Below are positions 9,701-16,543 of a stretch of DNA of 64,000 nt, piece by piece (position 1 is the first letter of the stretch; each line of letters starts with the position of its first letter). The notes beneath the pieces were generated by a model. That model searched no databases. It was not told the DNA's origin and saw only the letters and a program-made list of their open reading frames with translations. The position numbers and the translations under genes are program-made. This stretch comes from an uncultured archaeon (GTDB lineage Archaea > Iainarchaeota > Iainarchaeia > Iainarchaeales > VGJJ01), in the NCBI GenBank assembly GCA_964427715.1, contig CAYRUV010000002.1, positions 85,663 through 149,662 of the forward strand, in the 5' to 3' direction.

Positions 9701-11604
9701 AGAACCAACGACTGCTTGACCTGCGGAAGGGAATCCCCCAAAATCGTCGTCTTAGGATCCGGAGAACGAGGATCAAACTCATTGAAGACATTCTGCAACG
9801 ACACCGAATCACACGAAAGGAAACCATCCCGCGACTCCCCTAATCCACGATTATCCAAAACAGACTCATCCAAGTCAACGATCCTCTCATCCGACGAAAC
9901 AACCCCAGCTTGAACGAGCGAAGGCGATTCATCCGAAAGAACGGAAACCACACCAGAAACGGCAGCAGTATTCGCCCCCGCGGGAAGTTGACCCCGATCA
10001 TCCACCCGACGCTGAGGACCACACTCCAATGAGATCTCCATCCGAGTGAACAACGAAGACAAAATCAACGAATCGCTCTCTGAAAAACGAGTCGTGGAAA
10101 ATGCGCGATTCTCAAACAATGACTTCAAATCCTTCAGCGCTTTAGCCAACGCCTCCGCATCCGAAAGGGGAAGATCATCCAACACCGACTCGGGAGAGGG
10201 AAGCAAATAGAAACGATACGCGGACGAAGAAGAAACGAGCCGAGTATCAGAACGAGGAGACCATTCCCCCAAACACGAGGACGAAGAAGCATCCCAGCGC
10301 GCACACACTTCCCCCTTCGACCCATCCACGGAGGGAGAAAGCGAATACGACCCACTCTCAAAAGGAACATTCGTCCGGATGAAAATGATCTGAGAACCAT
10401 CCTCCGAAGGAGGATAATTCGTGATCTCCGTCAGAATACCCTCTTTGGAAACCGAAACCCCACTCCAAATAACCCCCGCGAGAGGAGACGTCAACAAGGA
10501 AGAGACCAACGAATACGACCCTGGAAGAACCGGAACCGGATGCTCACCCCCCTCAATCCGAGAACCATCCGCCGAAATCAAAACGTGAGAACCAGGATGA
10601 TTCGAAAAAGTCACCGAAACAGGAACCCCCTCAAACGGACGATTGCGACCCAGGGGAACCACGCGAAACAAAGACCCCTCCGAATCCCGACCGATGAAAA
10701 AAGAATCATCCGACGAAAGAGAGATGCGAAGAGGAGACGGACACGACCCGGAAGTCGACGTGGAACCAGGACACCAGACCAACCCCTCCTTCTCCCCGAG
10801 AGGATACGACAACACCAATTTTTTACGCGGAGAATCCACCCCAAAAAACAAATGAACACCCACCGAAGGAGAAAACAACTCATCCCCGACACGAACAACA
10901 TCCGGAAGAACCGCTGAATCCAACAACACCCCCGTAGAATCCGACCGCAAATCAAACGAATCTAAGTCCACACGTGAAAAAGGCTGATCCCAAAACGTGA
11001 AACGAGCCGAGTACGAACCCGCAGGAACCCGCATGACCCCGCCGGATGAAACGGACATGACGTCGCCCGAACCATCCACTAATTCGAAAGCCCCCGAATG
11101 ATTCGAAGGAGTGAAAAGAACCGGCAGTGAAACAGAAGAACCACCAGAAGAATCAACCCCACCCGAAGACGAAGACGAATCATCCCCTCGATCCCCCCGA
11201 GAACCGGAAGGAGAAACGACTCCATCATCGGAAGAATTACGAACCTCCACACTCACTGATTTTTCCGAACACGCGAAACCCGAACACACCTCAATCACAA
11301 ACGAATGAGACCCATTCTCCACCGACGAAGAATCCCACTCCACCAACCACCCCTCACGAGCCGAAAAAGAAGACTCAAACGAAAACGAATCATCCGCGGA
11401 ACGAATCACCGCACGATCCACACGCGAAGGATCTGAAATGGAAAGCAAAAAACCCACCGGACCCGACACGACCTCACGATCCAGCGGAGAAACCACCCCA
11501 AAATCCGGAGCCCCCTCCCGCAACAACTCCTGCGCCGCGGTGAAGAATGGAAAAAGTACCAGCACAAGGACAAGGAGACACGACCCTACGAACATTGTAC
11601 GCAT
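3757..11604 (-). CDS. giant secreted surface protein (2,615 aa) with 20 FG-GAP/VCBS-like repeats
   Basis: Single open frame. I place the start at ATG 11604 (MRTMFVGSCLLVLVLVLFPFFTAAQ, a signal peptide), because the ORF-track extension to 11907 overlaps the divergent gene and promoter. It has a Ser/Gly-rich linker, 20 tandem 75-85-aa units (G.GVQVVNLDGN...NDLLITA..AD.NGK.D.GAVYLIKDI....G..DLN) and a C-terminal Cys-containing domain of about 160 aa. Confidence 0.9.
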   Translation of the reverse strand: MRTMFVGSCLLVLVLVLFPFFTAAQELLREGAPDFGVVSPLDREVVSGPVGFLLSISDPSRVDRAVIRSADDSFSFESSFSAREGWLVEWDSSSVENGSHSFVIEVCSGFACSEKSVSVEVRNSSDDGVVSPSGSRGDRGDDSSSSSGGVDSSGGSSVSLPVLFTPSNHSGAFELVDGSGDVMSVSSGGVMRVPAGSYSARFTFWDQPFSRVDLDSFDLRSDSTGVLLDSAVLPDVVRVGDELFSPSVGVHLFFGVDSPRKKLVLSYPLGEKEGLVWCPGSTSTSGSCPSPLRISLSSDDSFFIGRDSEGSLFRVVPLGRNRPFEGVPVSVTFSNHPGSHVLISADGSRIEGGEHPVPVLPGSYSLVSSLLTSPLAGVIWSGVSVSKEGILTEITNYPPSEDGSQIIFIRTNVPFESGSYSLSPSVDGSKGEVCARWDASSSSCLGEWSPRSDTRLVSSSSAYRFYLLPSPESVLDDLPLSDAEALAKALKDLKSLFENRAFSTTRFSESDSLILSSLFTRMEISLECGPQRRVDDRGQLPAGANTAAVSGVVSVLSDESPSLVQAGVVSSDERIVDLDESVLDNRGLGESRDGFLSCDSVSLQNVFNEFDPRSPDPKTTILGDSLPQVKQSLVLSNSSDVPVRRLVNIRLWARPFTVLTEERLLPESSRYQVVHTREDPFSLSVENSPVLPVPLLINEYVEFRSRENVPVGRYDWSDYWRSGVSPIGLVHSRGDAPIIDTIISVDVPARDSVVIDPTYELNSPPNFSAVWDGNMFGAVGGTFDSNTGVQVVNVDDGAFANDLLFTAPLVDANAKQNAGAVYLVRDINTYSGAYSLINPANFSVRWNGGRPNDFLGRTGRLAVGSGIGVQLLDVDGNGYTNDLLLTAVNADVNNKTDSGGVYLIKDIDTKSGLYDFNSPLGYSVAWGGSMASLFIGDTNFGGQGVQVVNLDGNLTANDLIITNTLADFNRTDSGSIYIIRDINTMVGYKDLNLTTSYNIRFDGNGLATSNLLGGCGGSGNCTQVVNLDNNAQANDLLITSTGYDCNTLRVDCGAVTVIKDVVNIPNGIRGLSDVALYSVQWVGGATLAGLGNTRGYGSGTQLFDLNGDGFTNDLILTAPLFDVNNLTDNGAVFYIGDINTRSGTIDLNSTVNNFTAMWSGGRSNDNLGTASPYILSNEFVRPYARMYNTDGNKTANDLFVAASLADFNLFSNNGMLYFITDLNTRSGRFDLNTTPYQGFPSFNVSWYGSASNEEITRSQSEGWGFDVLNLDGNAGPNDVIIGSGVADVNGKTDPGVWYVIRDVSTIRQSAARRYLGQIPNFSFRLNGGAGDRLSDNNFSGPPFYQLNVDGNAAGDDLLFISPYADVNGKLDNGAIYLIRDAGYSTSGAIDLNSTAAAYRPYNIRWSGANAWDMIGDANGSDPGVYLANMDGDINVDDFFIVVPRLDNNKTNQGGVYYIRNVGVNTDGNRNLDLNTNYTHLWQGDNNNDTLGDNNRSGFTVGVYNTDGNALANDLLILSSQKDMNKFVNNGALFLIKDINSNPTPNGILTYRIDNPAYDGNSYQVSMNINVSTRVTCRIASCGGVDVNFQYCIGVGCTNFVDANTDTSSPLYIVSESQSEEEVPVLLLNTGFDANWTLKSNDANRAYTFRFYGVGTSAGPSIPPEPQWYFHVDPDNSYDLLQGYNYQIRFEGASSNDFLGMTASNDSGVYFVNIDNGSYNNDLILSAPRADVNGKADAGAVYLFKNFDMNSGNIDLNKHINSYSARWWGGVAGDIIGDTNFNGRGFQIVNVDGNSYSNDMIIVAPMADANAKVNNGAVYLIKDIDRWDGNFDLNFVASSSVRFTGGAAGEMLANANRTDNPLKLVDMDGNGYTNDLLISAAYADANSKRDGGRVYMILDIDKLSGIKDMNLPTGYNAAWNGTTNDDQLSSSNTTTSSHQEDGLYVIDVDGNGYSNDLLIMAPMADVNSKLNVGLVTLIKDAHRKTGSIDLNQVFNAPGMVQWNGGRTSDTMGFNNGSGPGLQIVNLDGNGTSNDLFITGSAADGNKADTGIIYLIKDINTIAPGRYDLNIAAPASFTAYWEGGATTDSLGDTSQSGRALQVVNLDGNTNANDIILNVPLADTNGKTNIGSVYMILDVQSKIGRFDLNVAANANAQWRGQTANDQLGDFEMTGTAGLVLDTGRGVQVVNMDGNSVTNDLLITASGFDYNGKVDVGAVFGIKDANTYSGIYNIAVPYTVSFTVNGGATTDNLGDTNRSGIGVQLVNIDNNAWSNDLLLSTVRADVNGRTDAGAVYLIKDISSDANGGRYDLNAPARFDVRWVGDTPSGFLGASGASGSGVQVENLDNESYANDLLITSTTANTAYLVQNGSIYLDKNIDFDSGFKDLLNASNYDKRWRGSRSGNQLGASFYSGEGVQVINADNDSYANDLLITASAADVNFFFRTNNGAVYYVPDVVTSGSLDYSFVLFLPSSGCTSNKGNLTGGTSCQRAYFEATDTTGVADSNQIAPEGQSASQPFFVYDNQSSSATDFNIILDLNESLPSSLVLKASNIVGGYEAGCGGNPASGCVAIPAAPSTQSVGRASYTAGTFDLNIFFWADFIAAAVGNEDRNVDSNTVA
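4240..9312 (-). repeat. array of 20 protein-level FG-GAP-like repeat units, interrupted by a roughly 140-aa insert at about 6553-6975
   Basis: I counted the units by eye in the translation (ORF-track aa 866-2556). The nucleotide copies are diverged and no long identical DNA repeats were seen. Confidence 0.8.
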
Positions 11605-11665
11605 GCCGGGAAGAACTTGATTAGGATTATTAACCCTTATATTGGAAGCCACACTACCTCGCCCC
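11605..11665. promoter_or_regulatory. 61-bp divergent promoter region
   Basis: TTATATT at 11637-11643 is centred about 26 nt upstream of ATG 11666. TTAATAAT (minus-strand reading of 11623-11630) lies about 20-26 nt upstream of ATG 11604. Both genes would be leaderless or have very short leaders. Confidence 0.5.
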
Positions 11666-12886
11666 ATGACACACTCATGGGCGGGAATCGCCTTCCTGGC
11701 ACTCCTCCTCCTTGCACCGATTGCCCATGCCGCCAGCACGGCCACCACCCTCTTCACCTTCCGAGTACCCGCCACGAGAAGCCTATCCGTCGCGTATGGA
11801 GGATCCTGCTCAGCCAGCGCCTTCTTCTTCAATGAAATCGACGCCAACTTTGACCCCGACGTGGACGGAAACGCGGCCAAAGTCAAACCCTCTGCCGTGC
11901 GAAACACCGCCGCCTACACCACCACCGACTACAACTTTGTGGGAGTCATCGGCCCCAGCGATCGAAACCGAGCATACTTCGGCAACTTATTGGAAGAACC
12001 ATCCACATCTATCTCACAACCAGCAGGAGAAATTGATGACGTGAACTACCACCGCCTAACCGTCGAAGATTTTAATTATTACTTTGCAGGAAACACCACC
12101 ACCCGCTGGCCCAGCCTGAGACTCGCATTCAAAGCCAACCCCCATGAACTGACCATTCGCGACCTCAACCTCACCTATGTGGGAGCAGCCACGAGAGGAA
12201 CCGATTGCGCATTCGAAGGAGGATTCGTAAATGACTCGGACCTCAACGGATGGATATGGAACTTCCGAACGGGAGCATACGAACGGGTATTCACCCATGA
12301 CGGAGACAATGGATTGACCTCAGACAGCGTCCTAGCGCTCCGATACGACGCCTACATTGACTATAACATCACCGACTACGTCGACCACGACCAAAACATC
12401 GTATTCCTCATCCAAGGACAACGAAAAGCAGGAGGCGCCACGGAATGCCTCGTCACCGACTTCGCGGAACTCAAAATCACCCACTACCCCCTCCAAACCC
12501 AATACTGCCAGAGTGAGACGGTTGCCCCGTTTACAATAACCAACAATGGAAACGTCGACGTGAACGTGGACGGAAACTTCGCCAGCGCATTCGCCGGAAG
12601 CGACGTGAATGTGGTGTTGAAAGTCTGGATGGGCACTGGAACCGGATGCGGAAACACCGGATATGGAGGATGGGAGGACACGTGCAGCGTGACATCCACC
12701 ACCAGCCCCGTCACCCCGACGCAGTGCAAGAACTACAACGAACACAACGAGACTACTGCCTCCCGACTCGTCACCAAACTTCTCGTTGGAGACACCAACC
12801 AACTATGCTTCTCCGGAGACTTCAACGTATTCGTATCGGGCGGAGACCACAACCAAAACTTCCAAGCCGGAGCCCTGTACTCATGA
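11666..12886 (+). CDS. A-family secreted six-Cys protein, copy A2 (406 aa, with a roughly 200-aa insertion)
   Basis: Signal peptide MTHSWAGIAFLALLLLAPIAHA. It shares ordered motifs with 43919-44578 (SLSVAYGGSCSASAFFFNE; ITNNGNVDVNVDGNF; LKVWMGTGTGCG; DTNQLCFSGDFN; GDHNQNFQAGALYS). ORF-track start 11642 is a TTG inside the TATA box. Confidence 0.75.
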   Translation: MTHSWAGIAFLALLLLAPIAHAASTATTLFTFRVPATRSLSVAYGGSCSASAFFFNEIDANFDPDVDGNAAKVKPSAVRNTAAYTTTDYNFVGVIGPSDRNRAYFGNLLEEPSTSISQPAGEIDDVNYHRLTVEDFNYYFAGNTTTRWPSLRLAFKANPHELTIRDLNLTYVGAATRGTDCAFEGGFVNDSDLNGWIWNFRTGAYERVFTHDGDNGLTSDSVLALRYDAYIDYNITDYVDHDQNIVFLIQGQRKAGGATECLVTDFAELKITHYPLQTQYCQSETVAPFTITNNGNVDVNVDGNFASAFAGSDVNVVLKVWMGTGTGCGNTGYGGWEDTCSVTSTTSPVTPTQCKNYNEHNETTASRLVTKLLVGDTNQLCFSGDFNVFVSGGDHNQNFQAGALYS

Positions 12887-13704
12887 ATCGAATCACGTAT
12901 AGCCTCATCCTACTTCCCATCCTCCTACTCGCAGGATGCACCACCCCCCAAACCAACGAACCAACACCATTCACCCAGACCGCAGAAGATATCCACCACC
13001 ACGACCTATTTCTCCTCCACGCCCAAAAAAATAACCAGACCCTGGAAGAAACCCGTGCGTTCTTTCAACAAACGTATGAAATCCAAAACGAAAACACCAT
13101 TTTCCAAAACCTCCCCACCCCCCCAACCACATTCAATGAACACCTCCAAGTCTGGAAGGGAGGAGACACCAACGCCCTCCTTCAAGTACCCCCCGAAACC
13201 TACCTCCAACCTGAATTCTACCCCACATTCCAAGAAACGGGACTAAATGCATGGATAAACGCCCCCAACCCCCCGGCCGCCGCCATGGGAATCATGAGCA
13301 TCCCCGCGGAACAAGAAACAACGATCCCCCCTGAAGAGACCACCATCGAAGCCGCCCTATACATCGGAAGCGCGTGGGGAACTACCTACTACCAGGGAAT
13401 GGGACTCCGATACACCCTCGAACCCAAAACCCCCCACACCCTCACCATCACCCCCGCAAACATTCTCGTCGGACCCACATTCCCACTCTTTTCCAAAAAT
13501 TGGATGAAACGCATCCAAATCCAAGGAACCATCACCCCCACCCCCGGAGTAAAAACATACACCCTCCGCCTATTTCCCGCAACACCCACGGTTGACCTGG
13601 AAAACCAATGGGCCTACACGCAAACACCCTACGTGAGAGCCGACACCACCCTCATCAACCCGGAAGGATTGGCCACCCTCACGATCCACGTCCAAGAGGA
13701 ATAG
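12883..13704 (+). CDS. B-family protein, copy B2 (lipoprotein-like)
   Basis: ATG 12883 overlaps the A2 stop (ATGA). The N-terminus MNRITYSLILLPILLLAGC is lipobox-like. Motifs ETYLQPEFYPTF and LVGPTFPLFSKNW are present. The ORF-track extension to 12646 lies inside A2. Confidence 0.75.
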   Translation: MNRITYSLILLPILLLAGCTTPQTNEPTPFTQTAEDIHHHDLFLLHAQKNNQTLEETRAFFQQTYEIQNENTIFQNLPTPPTTFNEHLQVWKGGDTNALLQVPPETYLQPEFYPTFQETGLNAWINAPNPPAAAMGIMSIPAEQETTIPPEETTIEAALYIGSAWGTTYYQGMGLRYTLEPKTPHTLTITPANILVGPTFPLFSKNWMKRIQIQGTITPTPGVKTYTLRLFPATPTVDLENQWAYTQTPYVRADTTLINPEGLATLTIHVQEE

Positions 13705-13735
13705 CGATAAAAGGGAACCCAACCCCAAGTAGACC

Positions 13736-14269
13736 ATGAAAATAGACATCATCCGACTATCCGAACGAGGATACCGCGACCTGAGAATCACCACCCACTG
13801 CGCCCTGGTGGCACGCGCGTGGGGCGCTGAACGCATCATCCTCTCGGATGACACCGACCCCCAAATAGGAAAGAGCGTGGACGCGATATCCACCCAGTTT
13901 GGAGGAACATTCAAGGTCGAATATGAGAAAAAACTCCTCCACCGAATCAAAACCATGAAGAAAGAAGGGTATACGATTGTCCACCTCACCATGTACGGAG
14001 AAAAACCCGGAAAACAAATTCCCCTCATCCGAAAAAACAAGAAAATTGCCGTGGTCATTGGATCCGAAAAAGTGGAAGGAGACGTGTATCGACTCGCCGA
14101 CTATAACATCGGAATTACCCGACAACCCCACAGCGAAGTCGCCGCCCTAGCCGTGTTTCTACATTACTTGCAGGAAGGAAAAGAAGAAGAATTGATTTTC
14201 AAAAACGCCAAAAAAATTGTCGAACCCAACCCCCGAGGAAAAACCATCCGATCCACGCGCGACATTTAA
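13736..14269 (+). CDS. trm56: tRNA (cytidine56-2'-O)-methyltransferase aTrm56 (SPOUT)
   Basis: 177 aa. The N-terminus IIRLSERGYRDLRITTHCALVARAWGA matches my recollection of the aTrm56 RLGHR..RD.R.TTHV.L.ARA.GA pattern. Size and the C-terminal knot region (IGITRQPHSEVAALAVFL) fit. Confidence 0.75.
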   Translation: MKIDIIRLSERGYRDLRITTHCALVARAWGAERIILSDDTDPQIGKSVDAISTQFGGTFKVEYEKKLLHRIKTMKKEGYTIVHLTMYGEKPGKQIPLIRKNKKIAVVIGSEKVEGDVYRLADYNIGITRQPHSEVAALAVFLHYLQEGKEEELIFKNAKKIVEPNPRGKTIRSTRDI

Positions 14270-14278
14270 ACAGAATGG

Positions 14279-14833
14279 ATGAAGAAAGAATGTATGGCCA
14301 AAGAACCCGACATCCTCGCTTTCAAACTCACCCAAGAATTCCTCAAAAATGTTGGAGGAGACGAAGCCCCCCAAGTGGTTCGGATCTGCCTCGACAAAAA
14401 TGGAAAATGCCTAGACGAAGACATCGAAGTCAAGATGAAACACTTGAAAATTACTGAAATTCGCAGCATACTGAACCGCCTACACTATCGCGGAATTGCC
14501 TGCTATAACAAAACCAAAAATAAGAATTCGGGATGGTACACCTACACGTGGGAAATCAAACAACGACGCATCGTCGAATTGATTCTGGAACAACAATCTG
14601 AAATGCTCCAAAAACTGGAAACAAAAGCGCAGTTTGAAAGCAACCACGAACTATTTGTTTGCAAGAAAAACTGCGAAGAAACACCCTTTGAAATTGCCGC
14701 CCAATACGAATTCCGATGCCCGGAATGTGGCGACATGATGAATCCAGTGGATGGAAAAAAGAAACAAAAAGAAGTCAACCAGCAGATCGGATTGTTGAAA
14801 ACCGAACTGACGGAACTCCAAAAAATCATCTAA
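14279..14833 (+). CDS. tfe: transcription factor E (TFE-alpha, TFIIE-alpha homologue)
   Basis: N-terminal winged helix (ITEIRSILNRLHYRGIACYNKTKNKNSGWYTYTWEI) followed by a Cys4 ribbon (VCKKNC...FRCPECG). Confidence 0.8.
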   Translation: MKKECMAKEPDILAFKLTQEFLKNVGGDEAPQVVRICLDKNGKCLDEDIEVKMKHLKITEIRSILNRLHYRGIACYNKTKNKNSGWYTYTWEIKQRRIVELILEQQSEMLQKLETKAQFESNHELFVCKKNCEETPFEIAAQYEFRCPECGDMMNPVDGKKKQKEVNQQIGLLKTELTELQKII

Positions 14834-14948
14834 AAAACGCACAATCTTGGACAAGTGAGTATAATAAAAGGAGATGCCAATTAAAAGTCAAATAGCCTAG
14901 AAATAGTAAATACTACCCAAATAGACAGTCATTAATTAACGTGAAACT

Positions 14949-15023
14949 AGCGGGGCGGGGCAGTCTGGAGTGCCCGTCGGGCTCATAACCCGAAGATCGA
15001 AGGTTCAAATCCTTCCCCCGCTA
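14949..15023 (+). tRNA. initiator tRNA-Met (CAU)
   Basis: 75-nt cloverleaf: acceptor AGCGGGG/CCCCGCT (A1:U72), anticodon arm TCGGG-CTCATAA-CCCGA with three G:C pairs (an archaeal initiator hallmark), T arm GAAGG-TTCAAAT-CCTTC. Confidence 0.9.
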
Positions 15024-15303
15024 CTATTACTCTTTTTTTAGCGGAATTGGATACTTCTTCTAATTCCCTGTTTTTTGAACCCTCAAATCGTCCGAATTAT
15101 TGCTTTTTGTACTCAGGAACTGAAAAACAGTGTCTCAGTTCGTGATTTTTGACCCGAAAATCGTGAAAAATTAACAATTTCTAGTTTTCTTTGTCTTAGT
15201 TGCATTTTGTCTTTCAAACCAACCACCCTCATTTGTGTTTTTTCATCAATTTTGTTAACATTCTTCGTATTTACCAGATTTGTTTCGATTCTGAATTGAC
15301 TTT

Positions 15304-15367
15304 TGGTAATTACTAGTAATTACCATACAGTTTTTAAGTAATTACTATCATTACTATCATTACTATG
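15304..15367. promoter_or_regulatory. operator-like array: 22-bp perfect palindrome plus three tandem 9-mers overlapping a start codon
   Basis: TGGTAATTACTAGTAATTACCA (15304-15325) is a perfect palindrome. GTAATTAC occurs at 15306, 15316 and 15338. ATTACTATC, ATTACTATC and ATTACTATG run from 15341 to 15367, and the last contains ATG 15365. Confidence 0.6.
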
Positions 15368-15841
15368 ATCAAGATGATCCTTCGCCGAGTGTTTAGGGCC
15401 ATGAATAGCCTCCAGAAGTGGGTAGATGATGACCCTAGAAATGAGACAGTATTACAGAACATGCGAAATGGAACAGTATTAACGAGTGAGCACGTTAACA
15501 AAATCCCTTCCCAGAAGAGATACCAAATAGTGAATATGTGGGACCACCTATCCTTCAAGGAAGGAACCCAGGCCCACCACATCACCAAGGTGCTTGATTA
15601 TGAAGAGTGGATTAGCATGGAAGAGATATTACGTCGCGTGAATGAGTTATTTGGAATACTCTATCAGAATGAACGATCCCTTTACCCCTACCTCAAGACC
15701 CTGGTTGATTCAGGGCTGTTGGAAGCCAATATGGTGGGCGGCAAAATGAAGTGGAGAAAAAAGAACTTGATTATTACGGTCGGAGAGGAAGTAGAAAATG
15801 AAGAGGTTGTGAATAGACCGGTTTCACAACCCTTTAATTGA
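15365..15841 (+). CDS. hypothetical protein with C-terminal winged-helix-like region
   Basis: 158-aa ORF. A wHTH-like stretch (ISMEEILRRVNELFGILYQNERSLYPYLKTLVDSGLLEANMVGGKMKWRKK) is present. No family recognised. Confidence 0.5.
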   Translation: MIKMILRRVFRAMNSLQKWVDDDPRNETVLQNMRNGTVLTSEHVNKIPSQKRYQIVNMWDHLSFKEGTQAHHITKVLDYEEWISMEEILRRVNELFGILYQNERSLYPYLKTLVDSGLLEANMVGGKMKWRKKNLIITVGEEVENEEVVNRPVSQPFN

Positions 15842-16432
15842 TTTTATTCGTTCATTAAATTCAGTTAATTTGGGAGAATTGGAGTAGTGGGTGCGAAACC
15901 ATTCGTGAGAAAGGACGGATTGAGCCTCATTCAAAACGGCTTGCTTGTGGCTTTCCTCGACCTTTTCGGATAGTTTATGCTTGTCCAAGATTGTGCCCAA
16001 TTCGTCGTGGAGTTTCTGGGGAACCTTCTCATTGTGGGTGATATATGTTCGATCCAGAAGCTCTTCCAGGGCATTTACGACCTTTGAATCCTCGATTTCC
16101 TTCTCATCCATGTAATAGACGGCTTTCCAATCTCCTTTGGATCGCCAATTATGGGATGGGTTCTGGCCCGTGGCACAAAACTGTTTGAATTTGGCAAATG
16201 CCGCAGGGTGGATAATCACTGAATTCTTACCCGGGCGAATGTAAGGGGTATCGGAAAGGACTCCCTTTCGATGATAATGGTAGACTTTCCCGTTCGACTT
16301 GGTGACATTTTGCGTGTATCCGTAGATCGCTCGGAAGAGCTTCTGATACGTATACGTCGAATGTTTGATCGATTCAGGTAGAATGAATTTGTATTGGATG
16401 AAATAAGCTTTAACCATGACGACACCCCCCAT
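15824..16432 (-). CDS. hypothetical protein
   Basis: 202-aa ORF with coding-like composition. Its 3' end overlaps the previous gene convergently by 18 nt. No family recognised. Confidence 0.5.
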   Translation of the reverse strand: MGGVVMVKAYFIQYKFILPESIKHSTYTYQKLFRAIYGYTQNVTKSNGKVYHYHRKGVLSDTPYIRPGKNSVIIHPAAFAKFKQFCATGQNPSHNWRSKGDWKAVYYMDEKEIEDSKVVNALEELLDRTYITHNEKVPQKLHDELGTILDKHKLSEKVEESHKQAVLNEAQSVLSHEWFRTHYSNSPKLTEFNERIKSIKGL

Positions 16433-16543
16433 ACTTCCGGTAATATAGTATATATGAAAACTAAAATCGAGTTTATGTTGTCTTATGAAACATAAGAACT
16501 ATTTAAAGTTAGAGCTTGTCTGAAAAAAAATAATCAGACAAGT

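Noticed and set aside
5542-11543. Many 60-200-aa plus-strand ORFs inside the giant gene (for example 5542-5898, 9235-9843, 10540-10917, 11127-11543).
   Set aside because: They are antisense to a continuous 7.8-kb ORF. Their translations are Arg/Pro/His/Ile/Asn-rich low-complexity strings typical of antisense frames in skewed DNA.
11605-11907. A 101-codon N-terminal extension of the giant ORF, as listed in the ORF track (start 11907).
   Set aside because: It overlaps the divergent promoter and the A2 coding region. The sequence is not signal-peptide-like, whereas ATG 11604 gives a textbook signal peptide.
12646-12882. An upstream extension of B2 (ORF track 12646-13704).
   Set aside because: It lies inside A2 in another frame and is Arg/His/Gln-rich nonsense. 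ATG 12883 gives a lipobox-like signal and an ATGA coupling to A2.
14990-15023. A direct repeat of the tRNA-iMet 3' end elsewhere (near 18.3, 23.3 and 27.6 kb), sought to delimit an integrated element.
   Set aside because: None was found by eye, so the element hypothesis is kept at low confidence only. A computational repeat search is needed.
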